Origin: Gloeobacterales cyanobacterium
GTDB taxonomy: Bacteria; Cyanobacteriota; Cyanobacteriia; Gloeobacterales; PMM-0068
Direction: 5' to 3'
Assembly (NCBI GenBank): GCA_038245785.1
Contig: JBBRSB010000003.1
Span: forward strand, 138,750-202,749
DNA: 64,000 bases
Shown: positions 18,674 through 27,669 of the stretch, piece by piece
How positions within the stretch are numbered: position 1 is the stretch's first letter
Layout of the letters: the number at the start of each line of letters is the position of its first letter
Notes under the pieces: generated by a model
Databases searched by the model: none
What the model was told of the DNA's origin: nothing
What the model saw: the letters and a program-made list of their open reading frames with translations, nothing else
Program-made: the position numbers and the translations under genes

Positions 18674-19777
18674 ATGAAGACCCTGCAACAGCTTGACCAT
18701 GACTTGATTCAATTACTGAATCAGCGAGCTGCCCTTCTAGGAAAAGCGTATGATTCCAGTTTGCCTGCTGAAACCTCTCAACACTTGGCCCAGACGGGTT
18801 TACCGGAGTTTGTCTGGGAAAGTCTCGCCACCTGTTGCGCAGCAGCAACAACAGTGGCCCCAGCCGCATTGAGTTCTCCTAAGCAGATCACTATCATTGG
18901 CGGTGCGGGACAGATGGGCCGCTTTTTTACTCGGCAGTTTGCTGCCGCTGGTCATAGCGTCCGGCAACTAAGGCGACATGACTGGGAGAAGGCCGATCAG
19001 TACTTGAGTGATGCAGACTTAGTCCTTGTCTCTGTGCCGATGCAACAAACAGTAGAAGTAATTCAGCGGGCGTCACCCTACCTATCGCCAACATCGGCCA
19101 TTGCAGATGTCAACAGCCTCAAAGCGCCCGTTGTCAAAGCGATGTTAGAACATCACCCTGGCCCGGTGCTCGGAATGCATCCAATGTTTGGGCCAGGGCT
19201 ATCATCGTTCCTCGCGCAGAATGTGGTGGTTTGCCCAGGGCGGGACCTGAGAGCCTTCAAATGGCTACTGGATTTAATCCGCAGTCAAGGAGGAAAACTG
19301 CTGGTCTGCGCGCCAGAAGAACACGACCGGATGATGGTGACGGTTCAGGCTATCCGCCATTTCTCTGCCTTTGGCCTGGGAGTCTTCCTCGCAGAAGCGG
19401 GCATCGACCTTGACCGGAGCTTGGACTTTTCCAGTGCTCCCTATCGCCTACAGCTCAATTTAGTCAGTCGGTTATTCGCTCAGGATGCCGCGTTGCCTCT
19501 AGATCTGATGCTGAGTTCACCAGATCATCGTCAAGCTATTTGCACCTTAGCAGACACCTACAGCCGCCTCGCCCAGTTGATTGTACAAGAGGATCAAGCC
19601 ACCCTGGAGCAAGCGTTTGAGTCCACTAAACAGGTTTTTCAAATGCACGTTCCTCAAGCCCACCAGGAAAGCCAACATATCGTTCAAAGCCTAAGCGTAC
19701 ACTTGGCAGCCAACAGCAAAATGCCCCTTGCATTGCCTAAAGCGGGTGAAGGGCCGAGGGCTAAGCTTCTCAGATAA
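18674..19777 (+). CDS. tyrA: Prephenate/arogenate dehydrogenase TyrA with a short chorismate-mutase-like N-terminal helix
   Basis: ORF 18626..19777 trimmed to ATG 18674 (MKTLQQLDHDLIQLLNQRAALLGKAY). It has the Rossmann motif ITIIGGAGQMGRFF and the TyrA core ...VLGMHPMFGP.... Confidence 0.8.
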   Translation: MKTLQQLDHDLIQLLNQRAALLGKAYDSSLPAETSQHLAQTGLPEFVWESLATCCAAATTVAPAALSSPKQITIIGGAGQMGRFFTRQFAAAGHSVRQLRRHDWEKADQYLSDADLVLVSVPMQQTVEVIQRASPYLSPTSAIADVNSLKAPVVKAMLEHHPGPVLGMHPMFGPGLSSFLAQNVVVCPGRDLRAFKWLLDLIRSQGGKLLVCAPEEHDRMMVTVQAIRHFSAFGLGVFLAEAGIDLDRSLDFSSAPYRLQLNLVSRLFAQDAALPLDLMLSSPDHRQAICTLADTYSRLAQLIVQEDQATLEQAFESTKQVFQMHVPQAHQESQHIVQSLSVHLAANSKMPLALPKAGEGPRAKLLR

Positions 19778-19783
19778 ACAGGC

Positions 19784-19912
19784 ATGGGCAGCACTTTTGG
19801 ACATTTGTTTCGGGTATCTACCTTTGGAAAGTCTCACGGCGACGAGGTGGGGGCGATTGTCGAAGGCTGTCCACCCTGTAGACGAACTCTTCAATTTGCG
19901 ACCAAGAGCTGA
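19784..19912 (+). pseudogene. aroC: Chorismate synthase (aroC) 5' remnant
   Basis: ATG 19784 opens [31 protein letters not shown], the hallmark AroC N-terminus (G-x-x-F-G-x-x-F-R-x-[ST]-T-F-G-E-S-H-G). Similarity ends after ~31 codons, and the frame stops at 19910-19912 inside the 3' end of the convergent regulator gene. Confidence 0.65.
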
Positions 19913-20688
19913 TGTTCCTTGCGCCAAACTTGAGGAGGAATGCCATGGTACTGGAGGAACTGCCGGAAGAAGTGGCGGGAATTGACGTACCCGACCGTTC
20001 GTGCTACTTGTTCGACGGACTGATCACTATTCTCAAGGATTTGGCGTGCCTCGGCCATGCGTCGCTCAATAATCCAACGAGCAACCGTGCGTCCTGTTTG
20101 CCTGCCTACCAGTGTTGTCAGATAAGCAGGCGAATAGCCAGCAGCCTGAGCCACATCAGATAGCGTAATGGGCAAATGGTAATTTGCCTCAATAAAGTCG
20201 AAGACTGCCTGGAGTTGCGTACTCGTGGGAAAGAGTGACTTGGAAGTTCCTGACGCTGTAAGGACGCTCACAGCCTGTTTTCCTAAGCCCATTTCACTAA
20301 CTTGAATATCTTGACGAGCGACTTGTTTTTTCAATTGAGCCGAGATTGCTTCCAGCAATTGAGCGACGGTTAAGGGTTTGATTAGATAGCTGTCTTTGTC
20401 CACATCCATGTCTGGCAGAAACTTTGGACCAATTACACCACTGGTGATGAATATAAATGGAATAGTGGCTGTCGCCGGAAGCTTGCGCAGCCTAGTCAAT
20501 ACATCATGCCCATCTAGCTCTGGCATCCAGGTATTGCAGATGATTACATCGGGTAAACGCCGTTGCGCTTGATGGATACCGATAGCACCATTTTCCGCCC
20601 CAATCGCGTGAAAACCCTCGGTCTTTAAACAGACGGTGAAAAGATTTCGCGTACATTCATCGGCTTCTATGACTAAAACTTTTTTCAT
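19891..20688 (-). CDS. Response regulator: CheY-like receiver + AraC-type HTH (scytonemin-associated type); Asn at the predicted phospho-acceptor position
   Basis: 265 aa. The receiver reads [11 protein letters not shown]...[16 protein letters not shown]...FIFITS...YLIKP. The C-terminal AraC HTH reads [24 protein letters not shown]...[13 protein letters not shown]. The codon at 20533-20535 (AAT on the minus strand) occupies the position normally held by the phosphorylated Asp. Confidence 0.85.
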   Translation of the reverse strand: MKKVLVIEADECTRNLFTVCLKTEGFHAIGAENGAIGIHQAQRRLPDVIICNTWMPELDGHDVLTRLRKLPATATIPFIFITSGVIGPKFLPDMDVDKDSYLIKPLTVAQLLEAISAQLKKQVARQDIQVSEMGLGKQAVSVLTASGTSKSLFPTSTQLQAVFDFIEANYHLPITLSDVAQAAGYSPAYLTTLVGRQTGRTVARWIIERRMAEARQILENSDQSVEQVARTVGYVNSRHFFRQFLQYHGIPPQVWRKEHQLLVAN

Positions 20689-20790
20689 ATGCTTCCTGTT
20701 GCGAGGATTAAAAATTCACTACAAGCATTTGAAATGTTGGGCATGATTGGCAGCAGCTAACATGCCAATCCCGTTGTCTAAAATCCAATT

Positions 20791-22023
20791 TCAGTTGATC
20801 GCTAGTCGGATAGTCACTACCGTTCCAACACCAATCTGACTAACCCAATCAATTTCCCCACCGTGCATATCTACAAGATTTTTAGCAATGGACAGTCCCA
20901 GCCCAAGTCCTGGAACTTTTTCAATGTTGCTACCCCGAAAAAAAGGCTCAAATAGATGTTCCTGATCGACTTCTGACATTCCAATGCCAAAATCCTGAAT
21001 TTGGATACTGACCAACTGATTATGGCAAGCAAGATTAAAGTAAATAGTGCTGCCCATGGGTGAATACTTGATTGCATTATCAAGTACATTCTCCAGCGCT
21101 ATATAAAACAGCTCTGGGTCGAAGTTGAACATCAACCTGTCTTCTAGCAAGCCATTGGATTGGCATTCAAACTCAATTGTCTGTTGACTATCAGCAATCG
21201 CTGCCTGCTTCTCAGCGATTAAATCACGGCAGAAGCCAACTATGTCTAGAGATTTTGTATTTGGTTCCAGTTTCCGAGCAGCTGATTCGCTAAGGAGTGA
21301 AATTTTATCTAAAAGTTGAACAATTTGATCGACCGCAGATTGAATATGCATCAGATAGGGCTGAGTTTGTGCTGCTGTCCATTGATTTAGATTGCGGTCT
21401 AGTAAGCTGTTTGAGAAGGAAATAACATTGAGTAAGGAACGGAATTGGTGGCAGATAGCAGTATTCGGGTCGTTGATCTGCTCTGGCTCTCCGAGCGCTT
21501 GTCCCTCTGTACTGTCTAGCGGTAGCACTTTTTGTAAGTGTTTAAACTTCGTGATGTCCCACACATTCCAGACCCGACCAATGACTTTACGGCCCAACCG
21601 TTGCGGAGAAGCACTGTGCATAAAGAGCCTGCCATCCTGCAACTCTAGGACATCAGAGCTATCTGTCTCCAATTGGGTGGAAGCTTCCCAGATGGCGTTG
21701 CGGAAGACTTCTGGATTTTTGACTTGGTTCTCAAAAAAAGCTCTCGCTCGATCGCAGTCCCGTGACAACTCTACTGAATCTGGAAGCTGCCACATTTCTG
21801 CAAATTGGTGATTGAAGTAGAAAGCTTTAGCATCACTGTCCATCGCAAGAATGCCAATATCAGTGGATGCAACCCTTGCCCGTAGTAAGGCTAAAGTTCT
21901 CTCCAGGTCCGCTTCAGTCCTATCCACCCTGGGAGTTTCTTGAGATAAAACCATCACGGTGGCCACTGAATCAGATTGAGAACGCTCTTGTTCAAAGCGC
22001 TTGTGGTCGCGGTGAGAAGACAT
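20791..22023 (-). CDS. PAS-domain sensor histidine kinase
   Basis: 410 aa with a PAS-like region (GILAMDSDAKAFYFNHQFAEMWQL...). It has the H-box ICHQFRSLLNVI, the N-box LENVLDNAIKYS, G1 IQDFGIGM and G2 GLGLGLSIAKN. It lies immediately upstream of, and co-directional with, the regulator. Confidence 0.85.
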   Translation of the reverse strand: MSSHRDHKRFEQERSQSDSVATVMVLSQETPRVDRTEADLERTLALLRARVASTDIGILAMDSDAKAFYFNHQFAEMWQLPDSVELSRDCDRARAFFENQVKNPEVFRNAIWEASTQLETDSSDVLELQDGRLFMHSASPQRLGRKVIGRVWNVWDITKFKHLQKVLPLDSTEGQALGEPEQINDPNTAICHQFRSLLNVISFSNSLLDRNLNQWTAAQTQPYLMHIQSAVDQIVQLLDKISLLSESAARKLEPNTKSLDIVGFCRDLIAEKQAAIADSQQTIEFECQSNGLLEDRLMFNFDPELFYIALENVLDNAIKYSPMGSTIYFNLACHNQLVSIQIQDFGIGMSEVDQEHLFEPFFRGSNIEKVPGLGLGLSIAKNLVDMHGGEIDWVSQIGVGTVVTIRLAIN

Positions 22024-22839
22024 AGTTCATCCTTTCTGGTTTTGTTGAGAGGAGGCTATAAACACAGGAATTCTTCGCGTCCTGTGTCCATGCCGCTAAA
22101 GCCAATAGATTAACTACTAATGCCGACAGGGCATGTGACACATCCAATGAAGTACGTGTCACCTTAAATTTATATTTGTTTTCAATAGTTAACACACGAT
22201 TTCAGTTTCGCTAGGTATCGCCTGCCACATCTTAGAAAATTTTATATTTTGTTTAGGACTAGAAAGTTTGAGCATTCCATGGGAATCCATTAGACTATTT
22301 CTTAATGCTGTCCATCAAATAATTTTATTATTCGAGGCTTGATTATTGAGCCTTATAGTGGTACACGTAAAAATGTTCAGTGGGCAAACCAGGAAAGAAA
22401 CAGCATGTGTTAGTGAATACAGCGCCAAGAAATCATATCTGAGTGGAATTTGGGCTGCAAGACTACTGAGGCCATGTGTGAGTTTTATCGCATTTATTTC
22501 CTATTTAATCAGCTATATATTCCTATATGCCTATAGAATAGGGTCGCCTTAAAAGATTTTCTGTCATAGGATTAATGGATTGCTAGAAAAGTTATAATCT
22601 TAAAAAAGCGCAGGATTAATATCAACAATCTGTTGATCCTACTAGATAGGATAGGGTATCCATATGTGATGTCGTATCATTAGACAAAACCTAACTATTG
22701 TTTGATATGTTGTTGAGATAGGGCCGAAAGATGAGGATACGACACCTTCTCAGCCGCTAGCAAATTAGGGTTAAAGAGGGCTGGGGGCTGATAGCCTCTG
22801 TAATTATAATTATTGCTTTCATATTTTTAAGGGGAGATT

Positions 22840-23766
22840 ATGCTTATTTTTTCTACTGAGGTCCATGAGGATACCCGTGGGATTCGGGATTTGCTGCAAC
22901 ACTGGTTATCTTCACAACTCTCGCCTGAGGCCCTTGTCTGGCTGAAGACTGCCATCTCGCAATCGTGCCAAGCATTTTCAGAGCAGACTTTTTTCACTGC
23001 TTTCAGCACCCTGCCACGCCGAGTGGGAAAACACGATCTGGCGCTTACTAGTGCTGAATTAGCGCAGGCCGATAACCTGTGTCCAGGCTGGTATCCCAAG
23101 GCATGGAGCGTTGACCAGGCGGCGCGTGCGCTGCTCTTGCTCAGTCTGCCCCAGGCAGAGACGGGCTCGATGAACGAGCTCTTTGAGAAACTGTACGCTA
23201 CTGCTGGCATGGCAGAAGCGGTGGCACTGCACCAGACTTTGCCCCTGCTAGGTCATGGTGAACGCTATGAATACTGGGCCTTAGAGGGAGTTCGGAGTCA
23301 CATCACGGCTGTCTTTAATGCGGTTGCACTCTGGAACCCCTATCCGGCTCGTCAATTTGATCAGGCAACCTGGAATCAACTGGTGTTGAAGGCCATTTTT
23401 GTAGGTAGTCCCTTGTACCCCATCTGGGGACTGGATGCTCGAGCGAATCCTGAACTAGCGCGGATGCTGATCGACTATGTTCATGAGCGATGGGCAGCCC
23501 ATCGGGAAGTGACGCCGGAACTATGGCGCTTGCTAGCCCCGTTTATTGATCAGATCGACCAGGCGGTGCTACTCGATTTAGCACGAGCCCTAAAGTCAGC
23601 GAACGAGACTCAACGCCAAGCGGTGGGTTTGGCCTGTGTTCAATCGGCGCTTCCGAGCGCTCTAGACTTACTTCAAGTGCATCCCGACTTGAACAGATTA
23701 ATTCAGGCAGGAACGCTAACTTGGGAGAGCATTTACCGTAACCAGCTGCAAATCAGTGCAAGCTGA
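22840..23766 (+). CDS. eboA: EboA-like protein (first gene of the ebo cluster)
   Basis: 308-aa helical protein with no enzymatic motif I recognise. It is called from its position directly upstream of the TatD / UbiA / DHQS-like / TIM-barrel / phosphodiesterase gene series. Confidence 0.6.
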   Translation: MLIFSTEVHEDTRGIRDLLQHWLSSQLSPEALVWLKTAISQSCQAFSEQTFFTAFSTLPRRVGKHDLALTSAELAQADNLCPGWYPKAWSVDQAARALLLLSLPQAETGSMNELFEKLYATAGMAEAVALHQTLPLLGHGERYEYWALEGVRSHITAVFNAVALWNPYPARQFDQATWNQLVLKAIFVGSPLYPIWGLDARANPELARMLIDYVHERWAAHREVTPELWRLLAPFIDQIDQAVLLDLARALKSANETQRQAVGLACVQSALPSALDLLQVHPDLNRLIQAGTLTWESIYRNQLQISAS

Positions 23767-23778
23767 CGGTCCTGCTTA

Positions 23779-23821
23779 TCGAAAAAATGGACGCTTTGTC
23801 GAAAACATGTCGAAAAAATGG
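23779..23821. promoter_or_regulatory. Three direct copies of TCGAAAA(A/C)ATG(G) in the eboA-eboB spacer
   Basis: tcgaaaaaatgg at 23779-23790, tcgaaaacatg at 23799-23809 and tcgaaaaaatgg at 23810-23821. They lie in a 230-bp gap inside an otherwise tightly packed cluster. Confidence 0.35.
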
Positions 23822-23996
23822 TCCTTGCACTGTCTTTGAAGTCTTATTAAGCTCTGGCTTAGGGAAATAAGGCAAAAGCTCAACAGCTCTGACCCTATAC
23901 ACAGGTTCTTAGGAGCTTGCAGGTGACAAAGGCTGGTTTTGCCTGTTCTTTTCCCAATTTAGGCGCATAGTTCCTCGCACTTATTCAGGTCATCCC

Positions 23997-24935
23997 ATGC
24001 CAGATAGCGCTCCTCCCATCTCCCGGCCCAAGATCTGGATTGATCCACACATCCATATGACGTCCCGTACGACCTATGACTACCGTTTGATGAGGCAGCA
24101 AGGAATCGTGGCTGTTATTGAGCCGTCCTTTTGGCTGGGGCAGCCTCGCACCAACGTCGGGACATTTCAGGACTACTTCAGCAGTCTGGTGGGCTGGGAA
24201 CGCTTCCGAGCCGGACAGTTTGGCATTCGCCACTACTGCACCATCTGCCTCAACCCAAAGGAAGCGAATAATCCTGCGATTGCCGATGAGGTAATGGCCA
24301 TGCTTCCTCTCTATCTATGCAAGGAGGGCGTTGTGGCCGTTGGTGAAATTGGCTACGACTCGATGACAGCGGCAGAGGACAAGTATTTCAGACTGCACTT
24401 AGAGATGGCAAAGGAATTCAAAAAGCCTGTCCTGGTCCACACGCCCCATCGGAACAAGAAGGAAGGAACCTTGCGCAGCTTAGAAGTCTGCCTGGAGCAT
24501 GGCATCGATCCAAAGCTGGTAGTGATAGACCATGCCAACGAAGAGACTGTCCAGGCCATTCTCGATCGAGGCTTTTGGGCAGCGTTTTCGATCTATCCAA
24601 AGACCAAGATGGGCAATGAACGAATGACTGAAATTGTTCGGCAGTATGGTTCCGAGCGAATCATCGTCAATAGTGCAGCCGACTGGGGAATCAGCGACCC
24701 TCTGGCTGTACCGAAAACGGCTCAACTGATGCTGGAGCGAGGGATTCCTGAGGCCGATGTGACGGCAGTCTGCTATGGCAACGCGCTGGCAGCCTATAGC
24801 CAAAGCGGTGAAATGAGCGAAGCGGACTGGCTCAGTCCAGAACCCGTGGACCAACGGCAGCTTTTCGATGGCAACTCAGTGCTTCGGGGCCAGGAACCGA
24901 TAACACAAGAAGCAGAGTCGCTCGTTATTGTCTAA
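23997..24935 (+). CDS. eboB: EboB, TatD-family metal-dependent hydrolase
   Basis: 312 aa with WIDPHIHMTSRT (HxH metal site), VAVGEIGYD, VLVHTPH and VIDHAN, which are typical TatD-like amidohydrolase-fold motifs. Confidence 0.8.
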   Translation: MPDSAPPISRPKIWIDPHIHMTSRTTYDYRLMRQQGIVAVIEPSFWLGQPRTNVGTFQDYFSSLVGWERFRAGQFGIRHYCTICLNPKEANNPAIADEVMAMLPLYLCKEGVVAVGEIGYDSMTAAEDKYFRLHLEMAKEFKKPVLVHTPHRNKKEGTLRSLEVCLEHGIDPKLVVIDHANEETVQAILDRGFWAAFSIYPKTKMGNERMTEIVRQYGSERIIVNSAADWGISDPLAVPKTAQLMLERGIPEADVTAVCYGNALAAYSQSGEMSEADWLSPEPVDQRQLFDGNSVLRGQEPITQEAESLVIV

Positions 24936-25013
24936 GGTTGGTGTTTTGAACTTCTGAGCTAGAAAGAGGTGCTATGACCGCGCCCAATTCCGAATTGCAT
25001 CAGAGGGAAGCAG

Positions 25014-25925
25014 ATGATTTCAGCGCAGAGTACGACAAACCGCTTGGTGGCCTATCTTCAGATGATGCGTCCTGCCAATATTGTGACGGCGTGGGCAGAT
25101 ATTCTGGCAGGCTATGCGGCAGCGGGTTTAGGAGCTATTACTCCTGACCCTACGGCTATCTACCCCTTGCTCTGGCTGCTGTTAGCCACAACCGGGCTGT
25201 ACGGAGGCGGGGTTGTATTCAACGACGTGTTCGACGCCAAGCTGGATGCCCAAGAGCGTCCCGAGCGTCCGATTCCCAGTGGCCGCAGTTCGGTGCAAGA
25301 AGGCATCGTTCTGGGCATCGGTTTACTGACCCTTGGCATTGTGGCAGCGGCCCAGGTATCAGCGATCAGTGCGGGGATAGCAGTCGCGATTGCCCTGGCA
25401 GCGCTGCTATACGATTCCGTGGGTAAACACCACGCTCTGATAGGCCCCCTGAATATGGGGCTGTGTCGGGGTGGAAACCTGTTGCTGGGCGTGAGCGCCG
25501 TGCCTGTAATGCTCCAAGAGCGCTGGTTTTTGGCAGCGATTCCGGTCTTATACATTGCGGCGATTACGCTGATCAGTCGCGGTGAAGTGCATGGTGGAAA
25601 TCGAATGGCTGGACAAGTTTCTCTGGTGGCCTTGGCCCTGGTGTGCGCCGGGTTAATTGGGCTAAGCCTGTTGCCCAGCTATGGACTACTGCCGATGCTG
25701 CCCTTCGGGGTGTTTTGGGGAATATCGGTGATTCCAGCCTTTGTCAAAGCTAGCCGTGAACCCAGTGCTGCCCTAATTCGCCATGCAGTCCGCTCGGGAG
25801 TAATCTCCCTGATCGTCCTCAATAGTGCCCTTGCAGCAGGCTTCAGCCACTGGCTTTATGGTTTAGCGGTTTTAAGCTTGTTGCCCCTATCTCGATTTTT
25901 AGCTAAACAATTTGCGGTGACCTAG
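25014..25925 (+). CDS. eboC: EboC, UbiA-family prenyltransferase
   Basis: 303 aa and polytopic. The motif NDVFDAKLDAQERPERPIPSG is the UbiA Asp-rich motif (NDxxDxxxD). Confidence 0.85.
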   Translation: MISAQSTTNRLVAYLQMMRPANIVTAWADILAGYAAAGLGAITPDPTAIYPLLWLLLATTGLYGGGVVFNDVFDAKLDAQERPERPIPSGRSSVQEGIVLGIGLLTLGIVAAAQVSAISAGIAVAIALAALLYDSVGKHHALIGPLNMGLCRGGNLLLGVSAVPVMLQERWFLAAIPVLYIAAITLISRGEVHGGNRMAGQVSLVALALVCAGLIGLSLLPSYGLLPMLPFGVFWGISVIPAFVKASREPSAALIRHAVRSGVISLIVLNSALAAGFSHWLYGLAVLSLLPLSRFLAKQFAVT

Positions 25926-27134
25926 ATGTATCTCAGCCTGAGCAGTCCGCCCCAGTTCCTAGAATCAACATTGAAACCGCTGCAGCAGTCTATAACGGTT
26001 CGGTTTGACTATTCAGTGCACTTCACCCATGGCCTGTTTCAGTTACACAATCCCCTGCTGGCAGAGATATTAGCGGCTGAGCAGACAACGCAACCAGCTG
26101 CCGTACTGGTCATTATCGACGGCGGTCTCCTATCATCCCAACCGCAACTACTAGAGAAAGTAACAGCCTACGCTGAGCATTACCAACAGGCGATTTGCCT
26201 CAAAGCCGTGCCCTTGGTCGTAGTCGGGGGAGAGGCAGCCAAGAACGATCCAGCCTGTGTGGAGCAGATTCAGCGACTGATCAGTGAGGCCCGCTTATGC
26301 CGGCATTCCTATGTCGTGGTGATTGGGGGTGGAGCTGTTTTAGATATGGTCGGTTATGCTGCAGCCACTGCCCATCGCGGAGTGCGTCTTATCCGAGTGC
26401 CAACGACAGTACTGGCCCAAGATGACTCTGGAATCGGCGTAAAAAATGGGGTTAATGCCTTTGGCAAGAAGAATTTCCTAGGTACGTTTGCTCCACCCTA
26501 TGCCGTTATTAATGACGCGGACTTTCTGCGAACGCTGGGTCAGCGGGATTGGATAGCCGGAGTAATAGAAGCGCTTAAAGTAGCGTTGATTAAAGATGCG
26601 GACTTTTTTCAGTACATCGAGGCCAACACAAACGCCTTGGTCAAGCGTGAACTGTCGGTCATGCAACAGGTCATCTATCGCTCTTGCCAACATCACTTGC
26701 ATCATATCGGCAGCTATGGCGACCCGTTTGAAATGGGTTCATCGCGCCCCCTCGACTTTGGGCACTGGGCCGCCCATCGCCTGGAGCATTTGACGAACTA
26801 TCGTCTCCGACATGGCGAAGCAGTAGCGATCGGTATTGCCCTCGATAGCACCTATGCCTGCTTTGCCGGACTGCTGCCAGCAGAAGACTGGACCCGGATC
26901 TTAAATGCATTGCAGGCACTGGGATTTGCACTTTATGCGCCGGAATTGGGCGCATTTTCAGAACAACCAGAGCATCCGCAGTCGATTTTTCAGGGGCTGA
27001 CTGAATTTCGAGAACATCTAGGCGGAGCGTTAACCCTAATGCTATTGGCTGGTATAGGCACTGGGGTGGAAGTGCATCAAATCAACCTGGAACTATATCA
27101 ACAGGCGATTACCTATTTGAAAGCACTGAAATGA
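25926..27134 (+). CDS. eboD: EboD, 3-dehydroquinate-synthase-like sugar phosphate cyclase
   Basis: 402 aa with VIGGGAVLDMVGYAAATAHRGVRLIRVPTTVLAQDDSGIGVKNGVN and HGEAVAIG. Its ATG abuts the eboC stop. Confidence 0.85.
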   Translation: MYLSLSSPPQFLESTLKPLQQSITVRFDYSVHFTHGLFQLHNPLLAEILAAEQTTQPAAVLVIIDGGLLSSQPQLLEKVTAYAEHYQQAICLKAVPLVVVGGEAAKNDPACVEQIQRLISEARLCRHSYVVVIGGGAVLDMVGYAAATAHRGVRLIRVPTTVLAQDDSGIGVKNGVNAFGKKNFLGTFAPPYAVINDADFLRTLGQRDWIAGVIEALKVALIKDADFFQYIEANTNALVKRELSVMQQVIYRSCQHHLHHIGSYGDPFEMGSSRPLDFGHWAAHRLEHLTNYRLRHGEAVAIGIALDSTYACFAGLLPAEDWTRILNALQALGFALYAPELGAFSEQPEHPQSIFQGLTEFREHLGGALTLMLLAGIGTGVEVHQINLELYQQAITYLKALK

Positions 27135-27669
27135 AGACCTAGCACAGGCAGGAGACCTCATGAGCGCTAACGACCGATTTCATCTCACTTACTGCACAAA
27201 CACCGATTCCGGCGAGACGTGGCAAGCGGTTTGGACCAATCTGCAGCGACCTATGCCCGGGCTAAAGCAATCACCATCACCGGACCAACCCTTTGGCATT
27301 GGCTTGCGCTTAGCGAATCTGGCCAGTCAAGAACTTCTGGTCAATAGACGGCTTACTGACCTCAAAGCGCGGCTGGCGGCAGAAAAGATCTATGCTTTCA
27401 CCCTGAATAGTTCTCCCTATGGCAGCTCCCATCATCACGTGAGAAGAGATCAGGTCTATAAACCGGATTGGAGCACAGTAGGACGGCTCTTACACACGAG
27501 GCGATTGGCACGGATTCGAGCAAAGCTGCTACTGGACGGAACGGAGAGCCATATTTCCAACCTACCGCATTCCTGCAAGCCCTGGTTTTTCGGCATCCCA
27601 GAAGCGCGGGCTCTGGTATTTCAGTCGAGTACTGTGGCCCTCACGACCTTAGTCATGAATCTGGTCAAT
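26862..27669 (+). repeat. Tandem duplication unit, copy 1 (eboD 3' end + spacer + diverged eboE-like 5' part)
   Basis: It begins at tttgccggactgctgccagc (26862) and ends at ...atgaatctggtcaat (27669). It is colinear with 27670-28489. Confidence 0.85.

Noticed and set aside
22346-22552. 68-aa ORF inside the AT-rich kinase/eboA spacer.
   Set aside because: It is hydrophobic and low-complexity as a result of AT-rich sequence. It has no ribosome-binding site and no motif. It is probably non-coding.
20704-22620. The octamer AGGATTAA occurs three times near the regulator genes (20704-20711, 22568-22575 and 22612-22619). I considered it as an AraC-type operator.
   Set aside because: An 8-mer is expected about twice by chance in 64 kb counting both strands, and more often in AT-rich DNA. 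I did not find the motif in the scyA/trpE control region. I kept it only as a note inside the AT-rich-region finding.
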